Below are positions 31,869 to 42,162 of a stretch of 64,000 bases of DNA, in pieces. The stretch spans positions 160,001 to 224,000 of the forward strand of contig CAVZQC010000004.1 in NCBI GenBank assembly GCA_963777315.1. Direction: 5' to 3'. Position 1 is the stretch's first letter. The number at the start of each line of letters is the position of its first letter. The translations under genes were made by a program, and so were the position numbers. Origin of the DNA: Vulcanimicrobiota bacterium. GTDB taxonomy: Bacteria; Vulcanimicrobiota; Vulcanimicrobiia; Vulcanimicrobiales; Vulcanimicrobiaceae. Under the pieces are notes generated by a model, which saw only the letters and a program-made list of their open reading frames with translations, did not search any database and was not told the DNA's origin.

Positions 31869-32444
31869 GTGTCAGCCGAACTAGAAGAACGAGCCGAAGC
31901 GTTCGTTGTTCGGCGGCGCGCATCGCCTCGGATCGTCCTTTTGGATGAATCATTTGCAATTGCGTTCGCAGAGTGGGATGCCGTAGCGGACGTTCTGGGC
32001 GTACCTCGTGAGGAGCTCGAACGCCACAGACGATTACCGGAAAGCATAGAACGATCCATTACTGCCGCGACGACACCCTGGCCTTCGTCTGGAGAGGCTC
32101 GCGACGTGGTCGCTCTGATAAACGATAAAACGGCGCTGCGAATCGGCCGGCTTTGCGGTTCCCGTGAACGTTTTATCGTAGTGCAGTTCGAAGAAGCATA
32201 TCGCCACGAGGATTTCTCCCGCGCTATCAAGCGGTACCGGTTCACGCGGCGAGAGCTGGATGTCATAACGCTCATGCTGCAAGGCTTGGGAGCCGAGGAG
32301 ATCGCCGAAAGGCTGTGCATTTCCAGCACTACGGTGATCGGCTACGTGAAAAAGTTGCTTCGAAAAACGAGCGCCAAGAATCGTGCCGATATGCTCGCCA
32401 AGCTATTGGGTTGGACGATATCTAAAGCAGACACTAGCGACTGA
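31869..32444 (+). CDS. LuxR-type HTH transcriptional regulator
   Basis: FTRRELDVITLMLQGLGAEEIAERLCISSTTVIGYVKKLLRKTSAKNRADM; N-terminal domain is not a receiver. Confidence 0.9.
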   Translation: MSAELEERAEAFVVRRRASPRIVLLDESFAIAFAEWDAVADVLGVPREELERHRRLPESIERSITAATTPWPSSGEARDVVALINDKTALRIGRLCGSRERFIVVQFEEAYRHEDFSRAIKRYRFTRRELDVITLMLQGLGAEEIAERLCISSTTVIGYVKKLLRKTSAKNRADMLAKLLGWTISKADTSD

Positions 32445-32653
32445 CCTTATACGACGACCGCTAAACGAGCTGCCGCTCGATAGCGTCATTTATGTGGGCC
32501 ATTCTGATGCCGTAGAACAATCGCAGTGAAGCGTCTATCGTTTACCCCCTAAACACGGTAGAGCGTTCTCCAACTCTTCATGCTATGTTAACGACGTGCA
32601 TCGGTAGATACCATCCTTGCACCTACGGGACGCACTACAGTTAGGATCGGTAT

Positions 32654-33247
32654 ATGCTCTGCTCATTGCCACGTTCCGCTTCCCAATCGGATCAAGCCTT
32701 TACGAGCCTGTTGAATCAGCGTTCTCGACCCCACGTGCTGTTTTTTGACGAAGACGCGAATATCGCATTTGCCGACGCCGGCGCTTTAGCGCTGTTTCAG
32801 GAACATTTCTGCTCCGTGGAGCACGAGGTGGCCGAAATGATTCGCAGCCGTGCGCAGAGCGATACGGCTTCGGAGCAATTGTTCGGTCCCATCGCTGGGC
32901 GCATCTTGCGGATCGTTCCCCTCAATGGGCCGAACGGCACGCGTTTCTACGCGGCCTTTGTGGAGAACGAGGCACGCCGTGAAGATCTGAGCGACGCAGT
33001 GGCGCGGTTTTCTTTTACGCCCCGTGAAGTAGAGGTGTTGAACTGCATACTGAGCGGGATGAGCGCCGCAGAAATCGCTGAAGACCTGTGCATCGCGCAA
33101 GTGACCGTTTTCGATCATTTCAAGCACATCAGCCATAAGACGAAGGCGCGTAACCGTGCCGACATGCTGGCAAAGATTTTTAATTGGCAGCCCACCATCA
33201 AGAACAAGGATTTCGATGAATTCGGCGTGGACCGCAGGACGGTATGA
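32654..33247 (+). CDS. LuxR-type HTH transcriptional regulator (paralogue)
   Basis: FTPREVEVLNCILSGMSAAEIAEDLCIAQVTVFDHFKHISHKTKARNRADM. Confidence 0.92.
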   Translation: MLCSLPRSASQSDQAFTSLLNQRSRPHVLFFDEDANIAFADAGALALFQEHFCSVEHEVAEMIRSRAQSDTASEQLFGPIAGRILRIVPLNGPNGTRFYAAFVENEARREDLSDAVARFSFTPREVEVLNCILSGMSAAEIAEDLCIAQVTVFDHFKHISHKTKARNRADMLAKIFNWQPTIKNKDFDEFGVDRRTV

Positions 33248-34455
33248 GGGTCGCGTTCATCAATCACCACGGCGCCGTACCCGGCGGATCGGAGAGAAGC
33301 CTTGAGGTATACCTGCGTCGCGTGCCTCAGGGGATTGACCCGTTTGTGGTGTTGTTTGAGGACGGGGTGTATGCCGATCAGTTGCGGGCGCTGAATATTC
33401 CGGTGCACGTCGTACCGGCATCGCGGCGACTGATGTCTGTAACGCGCGCAGAGTTACACATCGGCGATGCGTTCGACGGAACGCGGCAGGTGCTTCTCGT
33501 GCGCAAATTGTTGAAGTCGCTCCACATCGACGTCGTCGTGACCAACACTATGAAAGCGCACGTCATCGGGGCCATTGCCGCTTGGTCGTGCAACGTCCGC
33601 GTCGTTTCTTGGTGGCACGATCTTCCGGAAGGACTATCACTCTGGATGCTTCGAGCCGTTAGCCGGCTATGCGCCGTGGAGCGGGTCGGCTGCTCGAGAG
33701 CAGTTGTACGGCGCTTTGCTTTGCCGCGTACGACAACGCTCGTCCCGCCGCTTGATCTTCGGCGCTTTGCCCAAGCTCCGCCGCGTGAGCATGCTAGAGC
33801 ATTGCTCGGTCTTCCGCAAGACAAACTGATTTTCTCGATTGTGGGCCGCATAGCCAGATGGAAAGGCCAAGATCGATTTCTACGCGCCGCGGCTCGCGTG
33901 TGCGCCGGCACGTCCAACGTGCATTTTGCGATCGTGGGTTCTGCGACATTTTCGCAAGATGGCGAGTTTACACCCGAGCTGGCAGAGCTTGCCGATAGGC
34001 TCGGTATTACGAATCGCGTTTCGTTCATACCGTGGCTTGACGATCCCAGGATTGCCTATGCTGCCAGCGATCTGATTTGCAATGCGTCGTCTGCCGAACC
34101 ATTTGGACGCACTTCCGCAGAAGCGGGCGCATGCGGCGTTCCGGCATTATGCTTCGACGACGGTGGCGCAAGTGAAGCAGTCTTATCGCCGGTCACGGGG
34201 ATGGCCGTTCCCGCCGGCAACATAGAAGCGTTTGCAGCGGCGATGATGGCCTACGCCGGCGATGCCGCCGCGTTGCGGCGCGCCGGCGCTGCAGCGCGTG
34301 TCTACGTCGAGCGCCACGATGCCGATCGGTTGGCAACGACCTTTTTTGAAGTCGTTGGCCGGGCGAGCCGCATGCCTCACCCAGCCCAGCCGCTAACCGT
34401 TCCGTCCGCTGCGCGAGTGGCGGAGGCACCTACACCCGTATCGGTAAAAGCGTAG
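33244..34455 (+). CDS. glycosyltransferase family 4
   Basis: GGSERSL, VGRIARWKGQ, EPFGRTSAEAGACG; ATGA overlap with the LuxR gene. Confidence 0.92.
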   Translation: MRVAFINHHGAVPGGSERSLEVYLRRVPQGIDPFVVLFEDGVYADQLRALNIPVHVVPASRRLMSVTRAELHIGDAFDGTRQVLLVRKLLKSLHIDVVVTNTMKAHVIGAIAAWSCNVRVVSWWHDLPEGLSLWMLRAVSRLCAVERVGCSRAVVRRFALPRTTTLVPPLDLRRFAQAPPREHARALLGLPQDKLIFSIVGRIARWKGQDRFLRAAARVCAGTSNVHFAIVGSATFSQDGEFTPELAELADRLGITNRVSFIPWLDDPRIAYAASDLICNASSAEPFGRTSAEAGACGVPALCFDDGGASEAVLSPVTGMAVPAGNIEAFAAAMMAYAGDAAALRRAGAAARVYVERHDADRLATTFFEVVGRASRMPHPAQPLTVPSAARVAEAPTPVSVKA

Positions 34456-34458
34456 AGT

Positions 34459-35839
34459 TTACGCGGGCACGCCGGCGTAGTCGATCCGCTGTGTTTTGGC
34501 GGCATCTGCTGCAACGGACACATTCCGGCGGGACAACCCGATGCCGACCGCTATCCAGAACAACGCTCCCTGTAGATTACCGTGAGAATCTAAGGAAAAG
34601 TCGAGAACGATCAGCATTGCCTGAAGTGCGAGAACGGCGGCCATGACGTCGCGTTGGGCATGGTCGCCGGCTTGCTTGGCTTTCCACCACGTTCCAAGCA
34701 CGAAGGCAAACGCCAAGAGCAGAGTGACAACATAGCCGGTAAAACCGGCGAAGCCCATTTCAGCCAAACGCGCCTGGAAGCCGCCGTCTATCGAGTACAC
34801 CTTTTCCGTGAAACTGGTCAGCTGCGACGCGGTTCCCGCTATGCCCAGGCCCTGGCCCGTCGGGTTGGCCACCGATTCCCCCAACAGTTCCGCCGTCGTT
34901 TCCCGGCGCGCGCTTACCGACCTGTCGGTGTCCAGATGTGAAAAGGTCTGCAACCGCAGCGCGATACTGTTTTGACCCGCTTGTATCGTCAGCCAAGGGG
35001 ATATGCACGCGAAGAACGTTGTTACGATAAGGCCGAACAGCACCAGTCGTGATGCCGTACGCCATGGCTTCCAGCTAAAGAGCAGATACACCACCATCGC
35101 AACCGCGAGCGCGACCCACGCGGACCGCACGAGCGTTAAAGAAAGTGCGATAACGCACGTGAAAACGGCTAGGAGCGGCCAGATGCGTCGTTCTTTCAAG
35201 CGATAAAGGTTGACCGCTATCGCGGCTGCCAGAAACGTGGCGCACGGTGTCGGTGAATTGAGGACGCTAAAGACGTGTATCGCAAAAGGACGAGCCAAGC
35301 CGTTCGTGATCATCCCGCTATTACGAGCAACGTGCTGCAACCAATAGACGTCCCATGGCGGCGGTGCCAGGAATTGATATATTCCGTAGACGCTCACTGC
35401 AGCGCCGACGACAAGCATGACGCAACCAAATCGATCGAATACGCTGACGGATGATTCGTTCCGGACGGAAAGCCAAAGAGCCAGGAATACCGGCGCCACG
35501 AACTGCAAAAAGTCGTAAAATGCCGGCTGCGCATTCCCTAGGAACCACGCAACCGTGCCTGCATATACAAAGTCTGCCGATCCAAGTCCAGGCTAGAAAT
35601 TGCACCCGGCGCGGTACGGCCCCGTAGCCGCGAAAGGTGACCGCGACGGCCAGGAAAAGAGCCCCGGCGAGCGGCACCAGGACCAGCAATTGAGATGCAT
35701 GGAAGGCGCTGTGCCAATCGACGAGCCGTCGAATCCCTGAATCAAAGACCCAAAAAACGAGTACGCCGACGCAATACCACCATATGAGACGGCTCACCGA
35801 ACTACCGTCGGGCGCGGCAAGCGTTGGTTTATGGTTCAC
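34459..35839 (-). CDS. O-antigen ligase/Wzy-like polymerase, with a +1 frameshift near 35573
   Basis: Polytopic; IRRLVDW in the 5' part, YGIYQFLAPPPWD, LTLVRSAW, GQGLG, IDGG in the 3' part; removing one base joins ...WTWIG to FVYAGTVAWFLGN... Confidence 0.75.
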
Positions 35840-36469
35840 TTATCGCGACGAATGTTCCGTTGGCCGCGGGGGAAACGACGGCAGCGGTGGCTTGAGCGTT
35901 AGAGGCACCAGGTTTCGCGCCACGGTTTGTGCTGCGCCAGTCACCTGCACGCCTGCGCCGGTGGCCGGTCGCATCGCGATAACTCCGAGAAGGGTCGCCG
36001 ACACGCGCCGCAGCTGCGTCACGGTTTCTTCATCTTGCGGCGTGGCTTTGCGGCCCAATTGGACCGCGAGCAGTACCCCGCTGGCAAGCCGGCATAATTC
36101 TAATGACGTGCTATCGGCGGGTATCGGAGGGCACGCGACAATGAAGATCTCGTGCTCTGCTCGCACGTTTGCTACGAGCGAATTCAGCTCGCGTGTCGTG
36201 CCCGGCGCTTTAACGCACGTTCCTCCGAACGCGCGCAGCTCCACGTCGTCGGACACATCGCCCGGCTCACTGCCATACGAATCATCGCACAAGTTCAGGG
36301 CGGCGGTTGCGCGGCCGGCGGCCGCAAACGCGCGCGCCAGGCCGTATGCTAATTCGGCCTGGCGATCGCCGGCACACGCCGATGATACAACCATCATTGC
36401 CGAATTCGGTAGGCGTGCATCCAGCACGACCCGAAGCGATTGCAACGGCGAGTCGTTAGCATTAAGCAC
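35840..36469 (-). CDS. degenerate CpsD/CapB (BY-kinase)-like protein
   Basis: GAGGAG then GTG at 36469; layout SLR...VVSSACAGDRQA...LA...GR...IVACPP...GVLLAV...LLGVI follows CapB but the catalytic residues are replaced. Confidence 0.65.
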   Translation of the reverse strand: MLNANDSPLQSLRVVLDARLPNSAMMVVSSACAGDRQAELAYGLARAFAAAGRATAALNLCDDSYGSEPGDVSDDVELRAFGGTCVKAPGTTRELNSLVANVRAEHEIFIVACPPIPADSTSLELCRLASGVLLAVQLGRKATPQDEETVTQLRRVSATLLGVIAMRPATGAGVQVTGAAQTVARNLVPLTLKPPLPSFPPRPTEHSSR

Positions 36470-36482
36470 GGTTAGTATCTCC

Positions 36483-37838
36483 TCATCCAATGACTCCCAG
36501 CACCGGAGAGCCATAAGCCTTTTCGATAGCCGCCGGCGTACGGAATCGACGATCGAGTCCTTCGAGTACAAAGGCAAGCGTTATCGCCACCCAAAGCGCA
36601 ACGACCATAATCGCGGCCATGATCAGCGCCGGCATGCTATAGGGAGAGCGCCCGGCATACGACGCGCGATCGAAGACCATCAAAGAACCTGTCGACGCAG
36701 CGGCGGCCCGATCCGCCAGCGTCGTTATGAGCCGGGTCGAGAGCAATTGATAGGCGTTTTCTGACGACGTCCGCTCCCGCCGTAAGGCGGCTACCGTCGT
36801 GCCCGTGACCGCCGAGCCTGTGAGCTGACTTTGCAGCTCCGTTATCGTGTTATTGATCTGTGCAAGCCTGGCGCGGTCGCTCGCCACCGCGGCATGGGCC
36901 CGGCTTTGTTCTGCCAGCGCAGCGGCATACGACTGCGTTGCAGAAAGCGACTCTTCTCCGATTCTCTTCTGGTCGCCGGAAAGCCCTAACTGCTCGTGGC
37001 CGATCATGCCTTGAAGTTGCACTCGGCCGGGATAGTCAGCCGTATATTGCGATTGTTCGCGGCGAAGTTGAGCCACGTCCCGACCGTACTGTTGACGCGT
37101 GCTGCTATAGACCGGATCCTCGCTGAGAAGCTGTTGGCGAGCCAGCGGAGCCATTTGGCTCGAGCGCAAGTCGGTGAGGCTCGTTTGCGATATCTCGCCG
37201 GATAATGTCGCCAGCAACTCATCCCGTTCGCTCTGCAAACGAACGAGCCGTGCATTTATCGATGTGTCGTCGCTGGCTCCGGAGCCGTCTTCGATGTACG
37301 GGTAGGCGGCGGTTAACCTTTGGAGCTGCGTGTCGATCTGCTTTAGCTCCTGCTGCCTACTCGCCAATTGCCGCTTCATATCGGCGCCCAGTGAATCAAA
37401 GCGGCTCGTGGCTATCTCGCGATAATACTGGACGACCTCTTCGGCAACCGCGTTTGCTCCTTTCACCGCCTGTTGCGGGGTGCGGCTGTCAAACGCAATC
37501 GTCATGACGTTTGAGTTCTGAAACACATCGACATGAATGCGTCGAAGTAGGGCTTCCGAGGAAATCGAGTGTCCCATGTCGCTTGAGACGCGATCCAGCA
37601 CCGTGTTCGTTTTTACCAGAAGCGGCAAGTCGTCGGACATCAACGGCTTAGCCATGGTGGTCGGAACGCCGGCTCCATCGTCGTTTGCGCCCGGCACCAT
37701 CAGCACGGAGGCGTTGGCGGTATAGGTGGCATGCCGCCGCAAGCCGCTGCCTAGGGCCAGCATAAGGCCCACGGCAAGCACGATCGCAACGCACAGGCGC
37801 TGGTTCCAAAGGGTCTCCAAGACCGATCTAACATCCAT
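36483..37838 (-). CDS. polysaccharide co-polymerase / chain-length determinant (Wzz/GumC-like)
   Basis: TM, YTANASVL, SNVMTIAF...P...AN, long coiled coil, second TM, LDRRFRTPAAIEKAYGSPVLGVI. Confidence 0.85.
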   Translation of the reverse strand: MDVRSVLETLWNQRLCVAIVLAVGLMLALGSGLRRHATYTANASVLMVPGANDDGAGVPTTMAKPLMSDDLPLLVKTNTVLDRVSSDMGHSISSEALLRRIHVDVFQNSNVMTIAFDSRTPQQAVKGANAVAEEVVQYYREIATSRFDSLGADMKRQLASRQQELKQIDTQLQRLTAAYPYIEDGSGASDDTSINARLVRLQSERDELLATLSGEISQTSLTDLRSSQMAPLARQQLLSEDPVYSSTRQQYGRDVAQLRREQSQYTADYPGRVQLQGMIGHEQLGLSGDQKRIGEESLSATQSYAAALAEQSRAHAAVASDRARLAQINNTITELQSQLTGSAVTGTTVAALRRERTSSENAYQLLSTRLITTLADRAAAASTGSLMVFDRASYAGRSPYSMPALIMAAIMVVALWVAITLAFVLEGLDRRFRTPAAIEKAYGSPVLGVIG

Positions 37839-37857
37839 AGAAAATCGCTCCACTGTG

Positions 37858-39009
37858 CTACACGCCCACTTCAACGGCGAGCGGAGAACTCTGAAGGTGC
37901 CCCGGAAACTCTAAGTGCTCCTCAGAACGCACGTAGGCGGCATACACGAGATTTTCAAATGCTTGCATAAAGCGAGCCTTGCTAAAGCGTTCCGCGTGAC
38001 GCCGAATAACGTGCGGCGAGAAGCTCATGCGTTCAAAGCCCTCGATCGCATCGGCAAACGCGTCGACGGTTTGTTCCGCCACCAGAATTCCGGTCGTCCG
38101 ATCGATGACCGTCTCGAGTGCGCCGCCCCGGCCGAACGCGATGACGGGCCGCCCGCAGGCATTGGCTTCAAGAATAGCCATCCCGAAATCCTCATGCTGG
38201 GGCGCAATCATCGCACGCGCGCCGCGCACGAGCTCTACCAGCCTCTGATCGGAAACGTGTCCCAGAAATTGCACGCATCCACCGTCCGGCGAATGGTCCT
38301 TTTTTTGACCTCCGACGACGATTAGCCGGCGCCCGAGTTTCCTTGCGGCTCCAACGGCAATATCGATGCGCTTGTACGGAACGGGCCGCGATGCAACCAG
38401 ATAGTAGTCGCCTGGGCGACCTTCAGGTTTAAATTTGTCCGTGTCGATCGGTGGATTGATAACCGTGCTCTCACGACCGTAGTGCTTAGCAATACGATTA
38501 CGCGTCTCGAAGCTGTTGGCAACGAAAGAGTCGACCCGCGAAGCGGTGATGTAATCCCATTGGCGCATGCGCGAGAGCAGCATGTCGGCCCCAAACCGCA
38601 TGGGTGCCGGCAACGCCCGCACATCGTCGTGCGTGCGTTCCCACAATGCGCGCATAGGCGTGTGACAATAGCAAATATGCGTCTGCCAGCCGCTTCGCAG
38701 CACGCCTTTGGCAGCGCAATGGTGAGAGGAGATGATGATGTCGTATGCGCTTATATCGAAGCTCTCGACGGCGGCGGGAAACAGCGGAAAGTACCATTTG
38801 TGATGCCGTTGAGCGCCGGGGAACGCGTTCAGAAACGACGGGCTTACCCGGGACTGGAGCGAACGTGGCCCGGACTGCGCAGAATAGAGCACCGAAAAAA
38901 TCGGCGCGTCCGGAAACAGCTCGGCAAGAGCCTCAACGACCCTCTCGGCGCCCCCGCGCTGCGTCATTGCGTCGGTAACTATAGCGATCCGCGGTCTGCT
39001 GTTTTTCAT
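37858..39009 (-). CDS. glycosyltransferase family 4
   Basis: RGGAERVV, ICYCHTPMR, YKRID, EDFGMAILEANACGRPV. Confidence 0.93.
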   Translation of the reverse strand: MKNSRPRIAIVTDAMTQRGGAERVVEALAELFPDAPIFSVLYSAQSGPRSLQSRVSPSFLNAFPGAQRHHKWYFPLFPAAVESFDISAYDIIISSHHCAAKGVLRSGWQTHICYCHTPMRALWERTHDDVRALPAPMRFGADMLLSRMRQWDYITASRVDSFVANSFETRNRIAKHYGRESTVINPPIDTDKFKPEGRPGDYYLVASRPVPYKRIDIAVGAARKLGRRLIVVGGQKKDHSPDGGCVQFLGHVSDQRLVELVRGARAMIAPQHEDFGMAILEANACGRPVIAFGRGGALETVIDRTTGILVAEQTVDAFADAIEGFERMSFSPHVIRRHAERFSKARFMQAFENLVYAAYVRSEEHLEFPGHLQSSPLAVEVGV

Positions 39010-39716
39010 CAGTACGCACCCCTGCCGTGAAGAACCACCGGCACGGTTTCAACGATGATCCGTAAATCGAGGCCAGGGGACCAACTATCGATGTAGCGAT
39101 TGTCCAGTCTGATCCATTCGTCAAATGCCACGTCCGAGCGTCCGGATATCTGCCAAAGACATGTAACGCCGGGTTTGACCGTCAACCGGCGAAACGCGGG
39201 CATATCGTAGTTGGCTACTTCGCTCGGCAAAGGCGGGCGCGGCCCGACCAGGGACATGTCCCCAATCATGACGTTCCATAGGTTTGGGATCTCGTCGATA
39301 CTATAGCGACGCAGAAAAGGGCCGATCGAGATCAGGCGCGGATCGCACTTTATCTTCAGAACCGGTCCGCTCACCTCGTTCAAACTGCGCATCTTTTCAT
39401 GGAGCAGGTGCGCACCGCGAACCATCGTTCGCAGCTTGTACATTCTAAAGATGCGGCCATCCTTACCGACACGCGGCTGTGAAAAGATCGGCGATCCTTT
39501 GGATACGAGCGCGATTGCGATGCCCGCGACGATGACCAGGGGTATGGTCACGATGATCAGCGCGAGGGCGAAAGTTGCGTCCATGACCCGTTTGTAGACG
39601 TGCCACATGGGGGGAACGACCGGGACGGCGACGCGCGACGGCAACAAGCCATAGATCAGGTGGTCCTGGCCGGCGTCCACCATGGGTACGATTGGGGGCT
39701 CATTTGCAATAAGCAT
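39009..39716 (-). CDS. priming sugar transferase (polyprenyl-phosphate glycosylphosphotransferase)
   Basis: KRVMD, FRMYKLRTM, DPR, LRRYSIDEIP, GDMSLVGPRP, VKPGVTCLWQISGRS. Confidence 0.95.
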   Translation of the reverse strand: MLIANEPPIVPMVDAGQDHLIYGLLPSRVAVPVVPPMWHVYKRVMDATFALALIIVTIPLVIVAGIAIALVSKGSPIFSQPRVGKDGRIFRMYKLRTMVRGAHLLHEKMRSLNEVSGPVLKIKCDPRLISIGPFLRRYSIDEIPNLWNVMIGDMSLVGPRPPLPSEVANYDMPAFRRLTVKPGVTCLWQISGRSDVAFDEWIRLDNRYIDSWSPGLDLRIIVETVPVVLHGRGAY

Positions 39717-39869
39717 TGCGCTAGCGCAGCCGCATCATCGCGCCAAATCCTTGCTTCCGGCGCAGTAGCGGGCTGCGAACGCATCGAGATTTTGCAAAAA
39801 GACTCATTTCAAAATCGTAGCTGATGTGCACTCGTTCGTACATCGTAGCATCGGCTTTCGTTGAGAATC

Positions 39870-39949
39870 ATCCCTAGCAGGCGGGATTTATCCGCCTGGT
39901 TTTGGCAGGGCTCTCTCCGGATGCGACGCCGACCCCTAACGTTAGGGAT
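39870..39949. promoter_or_regulatory. two 18-bp palindromic boxes serving divergent promoters
   Basis: ATCCCT-AGCAGG-CGGGAT (39870-39887) with minus-strand TACGAT 22 nt away; ACCCCT-AACGTT-AGGGAT (39932-39949) with TAGAAT 21 nt downstream. Confidence 0.7.
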
Positions 39950-39985
39950 GGGATGCCGCCGCCACCACGGTAGAATAGAAAGCGC

Positions 39986-41194
39986 ATGGGACCGCAATTG
40001 CGAGAAGTATTGCCGGTGACTGCACTATGTGCGCCGCCGGCCGGCGAAGCCACGCTTCTTTCGACGCTGCAAATTGGGCTCGTATGGTTTCCCGACGGTA
40101 TCGGAGGCGGCTCCAGCCGCTTTTTTTCAGAGATTACCGATCATTTGGTGGCCCAGAACGTCATGGTGCACGGCATCGTGGCCGGCAAAAGCTCCATAAC
40201 GACGCCGAGGCGCGATGGTATCCGGATCTTTTCCGCCTACGATGCACCGCTCATCGAACGCCTGCGCGCGGCGCGCGCAGCCGTACGAGAAACTCTTGCG
40301 ACATACCCTGTAAATGTCGTGGCATCGCACTTTGCGCTCTTCACCGCCCCATGTTTGGACGCTATCAACGATTTGCCCATGGTGCTGCATTTTCATGGGC
40401 CGTGGGCGGCAGAATCGCGCATAGAAGGCGCATCGCGATTCGCGACGTTGAGTCAATTCTTCGTTGAAAAGTTGGTGTATTCGCGTGCGCGAATCGCAAT
40501 CGTGCTCTCGGCTGCCTTTCGGGACGTGCTGCATCGCAGCTACGGCGTGCCGCTGGAAAACATCCGTGTAATTCCCGGTGGAGTCGACGTCGAACGATTC
40601 AATTTATCATGTTCGCGTGACGAGGCGCGATTGCGCCTGGGGTTGTCGTTGAGTCGCCCGCTCGTGGTAGTCGTCAGGCGCCTTGCCGAACGCATGGGCT
40701 TGGAAAATCTCATCGCCGGTTTCGCAGGCGTTAAGAAGGAACATCGCGACGTTGTCTTGGCGATCGTCGGCAATGGTCCCCTCGCCGATAGGCTCAAGCG
40801 TCAAGTGCGCGGGAGCGATCTCGCCGATTCCGTTGTGTTCGCCGGCAGAGTATCGGAAGAAGATTTACCGCTGTACTACCGTGCTGCGGATGTTTCCGTC
40901 GTGCCGAGCATAGCGCTCGAGGGTTTCGGCTTAGTGGTGGCTGAATCGCTGGCATGCGGCACACCGGCGATTGTAACGCCGGTCGGCGGCCTGCCTGAAG
41001 CCGTTTCCGGACTCTCAAATGCCCTCATTCTCGAAAACAGCGGCTGCGCAGCAATTACGTCCGGCCTTCGCGCGGCTCTGGCCGGTAGGCTGCAGCTCCC
41101 GGCCTCGGCAGAGTGCGCATCGTATGCGAGAGAACGTTTCAGCTGGCCGATCATCGCCAAACAGGTAAAGCGCGTTTACGGTGAGGTCGCGTGA
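39986..41194 (+). CDS. glycosyltransferase family 4
   Basis: HFHGPWAAES, IPGGVD, VRRLAERMGLE, PSIALEGFGLVVAESLACGTP. Confidence 0.93.
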   Translation: MGPQLREVLPVTALCAPPAGEATLLSTLQIGLVWFPDGIGGGSSRFFSEITDHLVAQNVMVHGIVAGKSSITTPRRDGIRIFSAYDAPLIERLRAARAAVRETLATYPVNVVASHFALFTAPCLDAINDLPMVLHFHGPWAAESRIEGASRFATLSQFFVEKLVYSRARIAIVLSAAFRDVLHRSYGVPLENIRVIPGGVDVERFNLSCSRDEARLRLGLSLSRPLVVVVRRLAERMGLENLIAGFAGVKKEHRDVVLAIVGNGPLADRLKRQVRGSDLADSVVFAGRVSEEDLPLYYRAADVSVVPSIALEGFGLVVAESLACGTPAIVTPVGGLPEAVSGLSNALILENSGCAAITSGLRAALAGRLQLPASAECASYARERFSWPIIAKQVKRVYGEVA

Positions 41195-42117
41195 ATCTCA
41201 CGGCAATGGTACCGACCTATCGGCGTCCTGAGTACTTGCTGCGGTGTCTTCGCGCGTTGGAGCAGCAAACGCGTCCGGCAAATCAAGTGCTGGTCGTCCG
41301 GCGGGATTCGGACCTGGAAACGCAGCAGCTGTTCGAGCAGTCATCCTTTCAACTGCCCATACAAATCGTTACGGTCAATGCGCCGGGCCAGGTGGCTGCA
41401 CTGAACGCGGGACTGGCTGAGGTAGAGGGTGATGTCGTCGCTATAACGGACGACGACGCCGCACCGCACCCGGATTGGCTAGAGCGCATCGAACAACATT
41501 TCAAAGCGAATCCAAACATCGGCGGCGTCGGAGGGCGGGATTATATCCGCAACGGCCGGGTTTACGGCGAAAGCGCTATTGTCGGAAAAGTACAGTGGTT
41601 CGGCCGCGAGATCGGCAATCACCACCGAGGCGTCGGACCGGCGCGCTACGTCGATGTGCTAAAAGGCGCCAACATGAGTTATAGCATGAGCGCCATCCGC
41701 TCTTTTGAGTTCGATAGGCGGCTTCTCGGTGCGGGAGCCCAAATTTGTAACGACATGTCTTTTTCTCTTCGGCTGCGGCGGCGCGGCTGGCGGCTACTGT
41801 ACGATCCCGCCGTTGCGGTGGATCACTTTTGCGCAGAACGCCTGGACGACGACAAGCGCTTTTCCCGATCGCCGGCGGCGGTGCGGAATGAAGCGCACAA
41901 TGAAACCGTAGCCATCTTGGAATATTTGCCGTCAGCCCGATGGGCGGTGTTCTTAGCGTGGTCGGTCTTGGTCGGACACCGGAGTCTTCCCGGCGTGGTT
42001 CAGTGCCTGAGGTTTGCGGCCAAGGATCGGTCAGTATGGACCGCATTCAAGCCGGTCGTCCGCGGCCGGCTGCTGGGAGTCGGAACGCTGCTGCAAAGCC
42101 GAGCGTCGAAATCCTAG
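41191..42117 (+). CDS. glycosyltransferase family 2
   Basis: VPTYRRP, ALNAGL, AITDDDA, GANMS. Confidence 0.93.
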   Translation: MNLTAMVPTYRRPEYLLRCLRALEQQTRPANQVLVVRRDSDLETQQLFEQSSFQLPIQIVTVNAPGQVAALNAGLAEVEGDVVAITDDDAAPHPDWLERIEQHFKANPNIGGVGGRDYIRNGRVYGESAIVGKVQWFGREIGNHHRGVGPARYVDVLKGANMSYSMSAIRSFEFDRRLLGAGAQICNDMSFSLRLRRRGWRLLYDPAVAVDHFCAERLDDDKRFSRSPAAVRNEAHNETVAILEYLPSARWAVFLAWSVLVGHRSLPGVVQCLRFAAKDRSVWTAFKPVVRGRLLGVGTLLQSRASKS

Positions 42118-42162
42118 TACGCCGGGATTGCGTTTCGTTCGTCCCGGGCGCACGATGCTCGC

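Noticed and set aside
36470..36580. Apparent frameshift splitting a Wzc-like gene
   Set aside because: The upstream ORF ends in a normal co-polymerase C-terminus and the next has its own GAGGAG and GTG, so these are two genes
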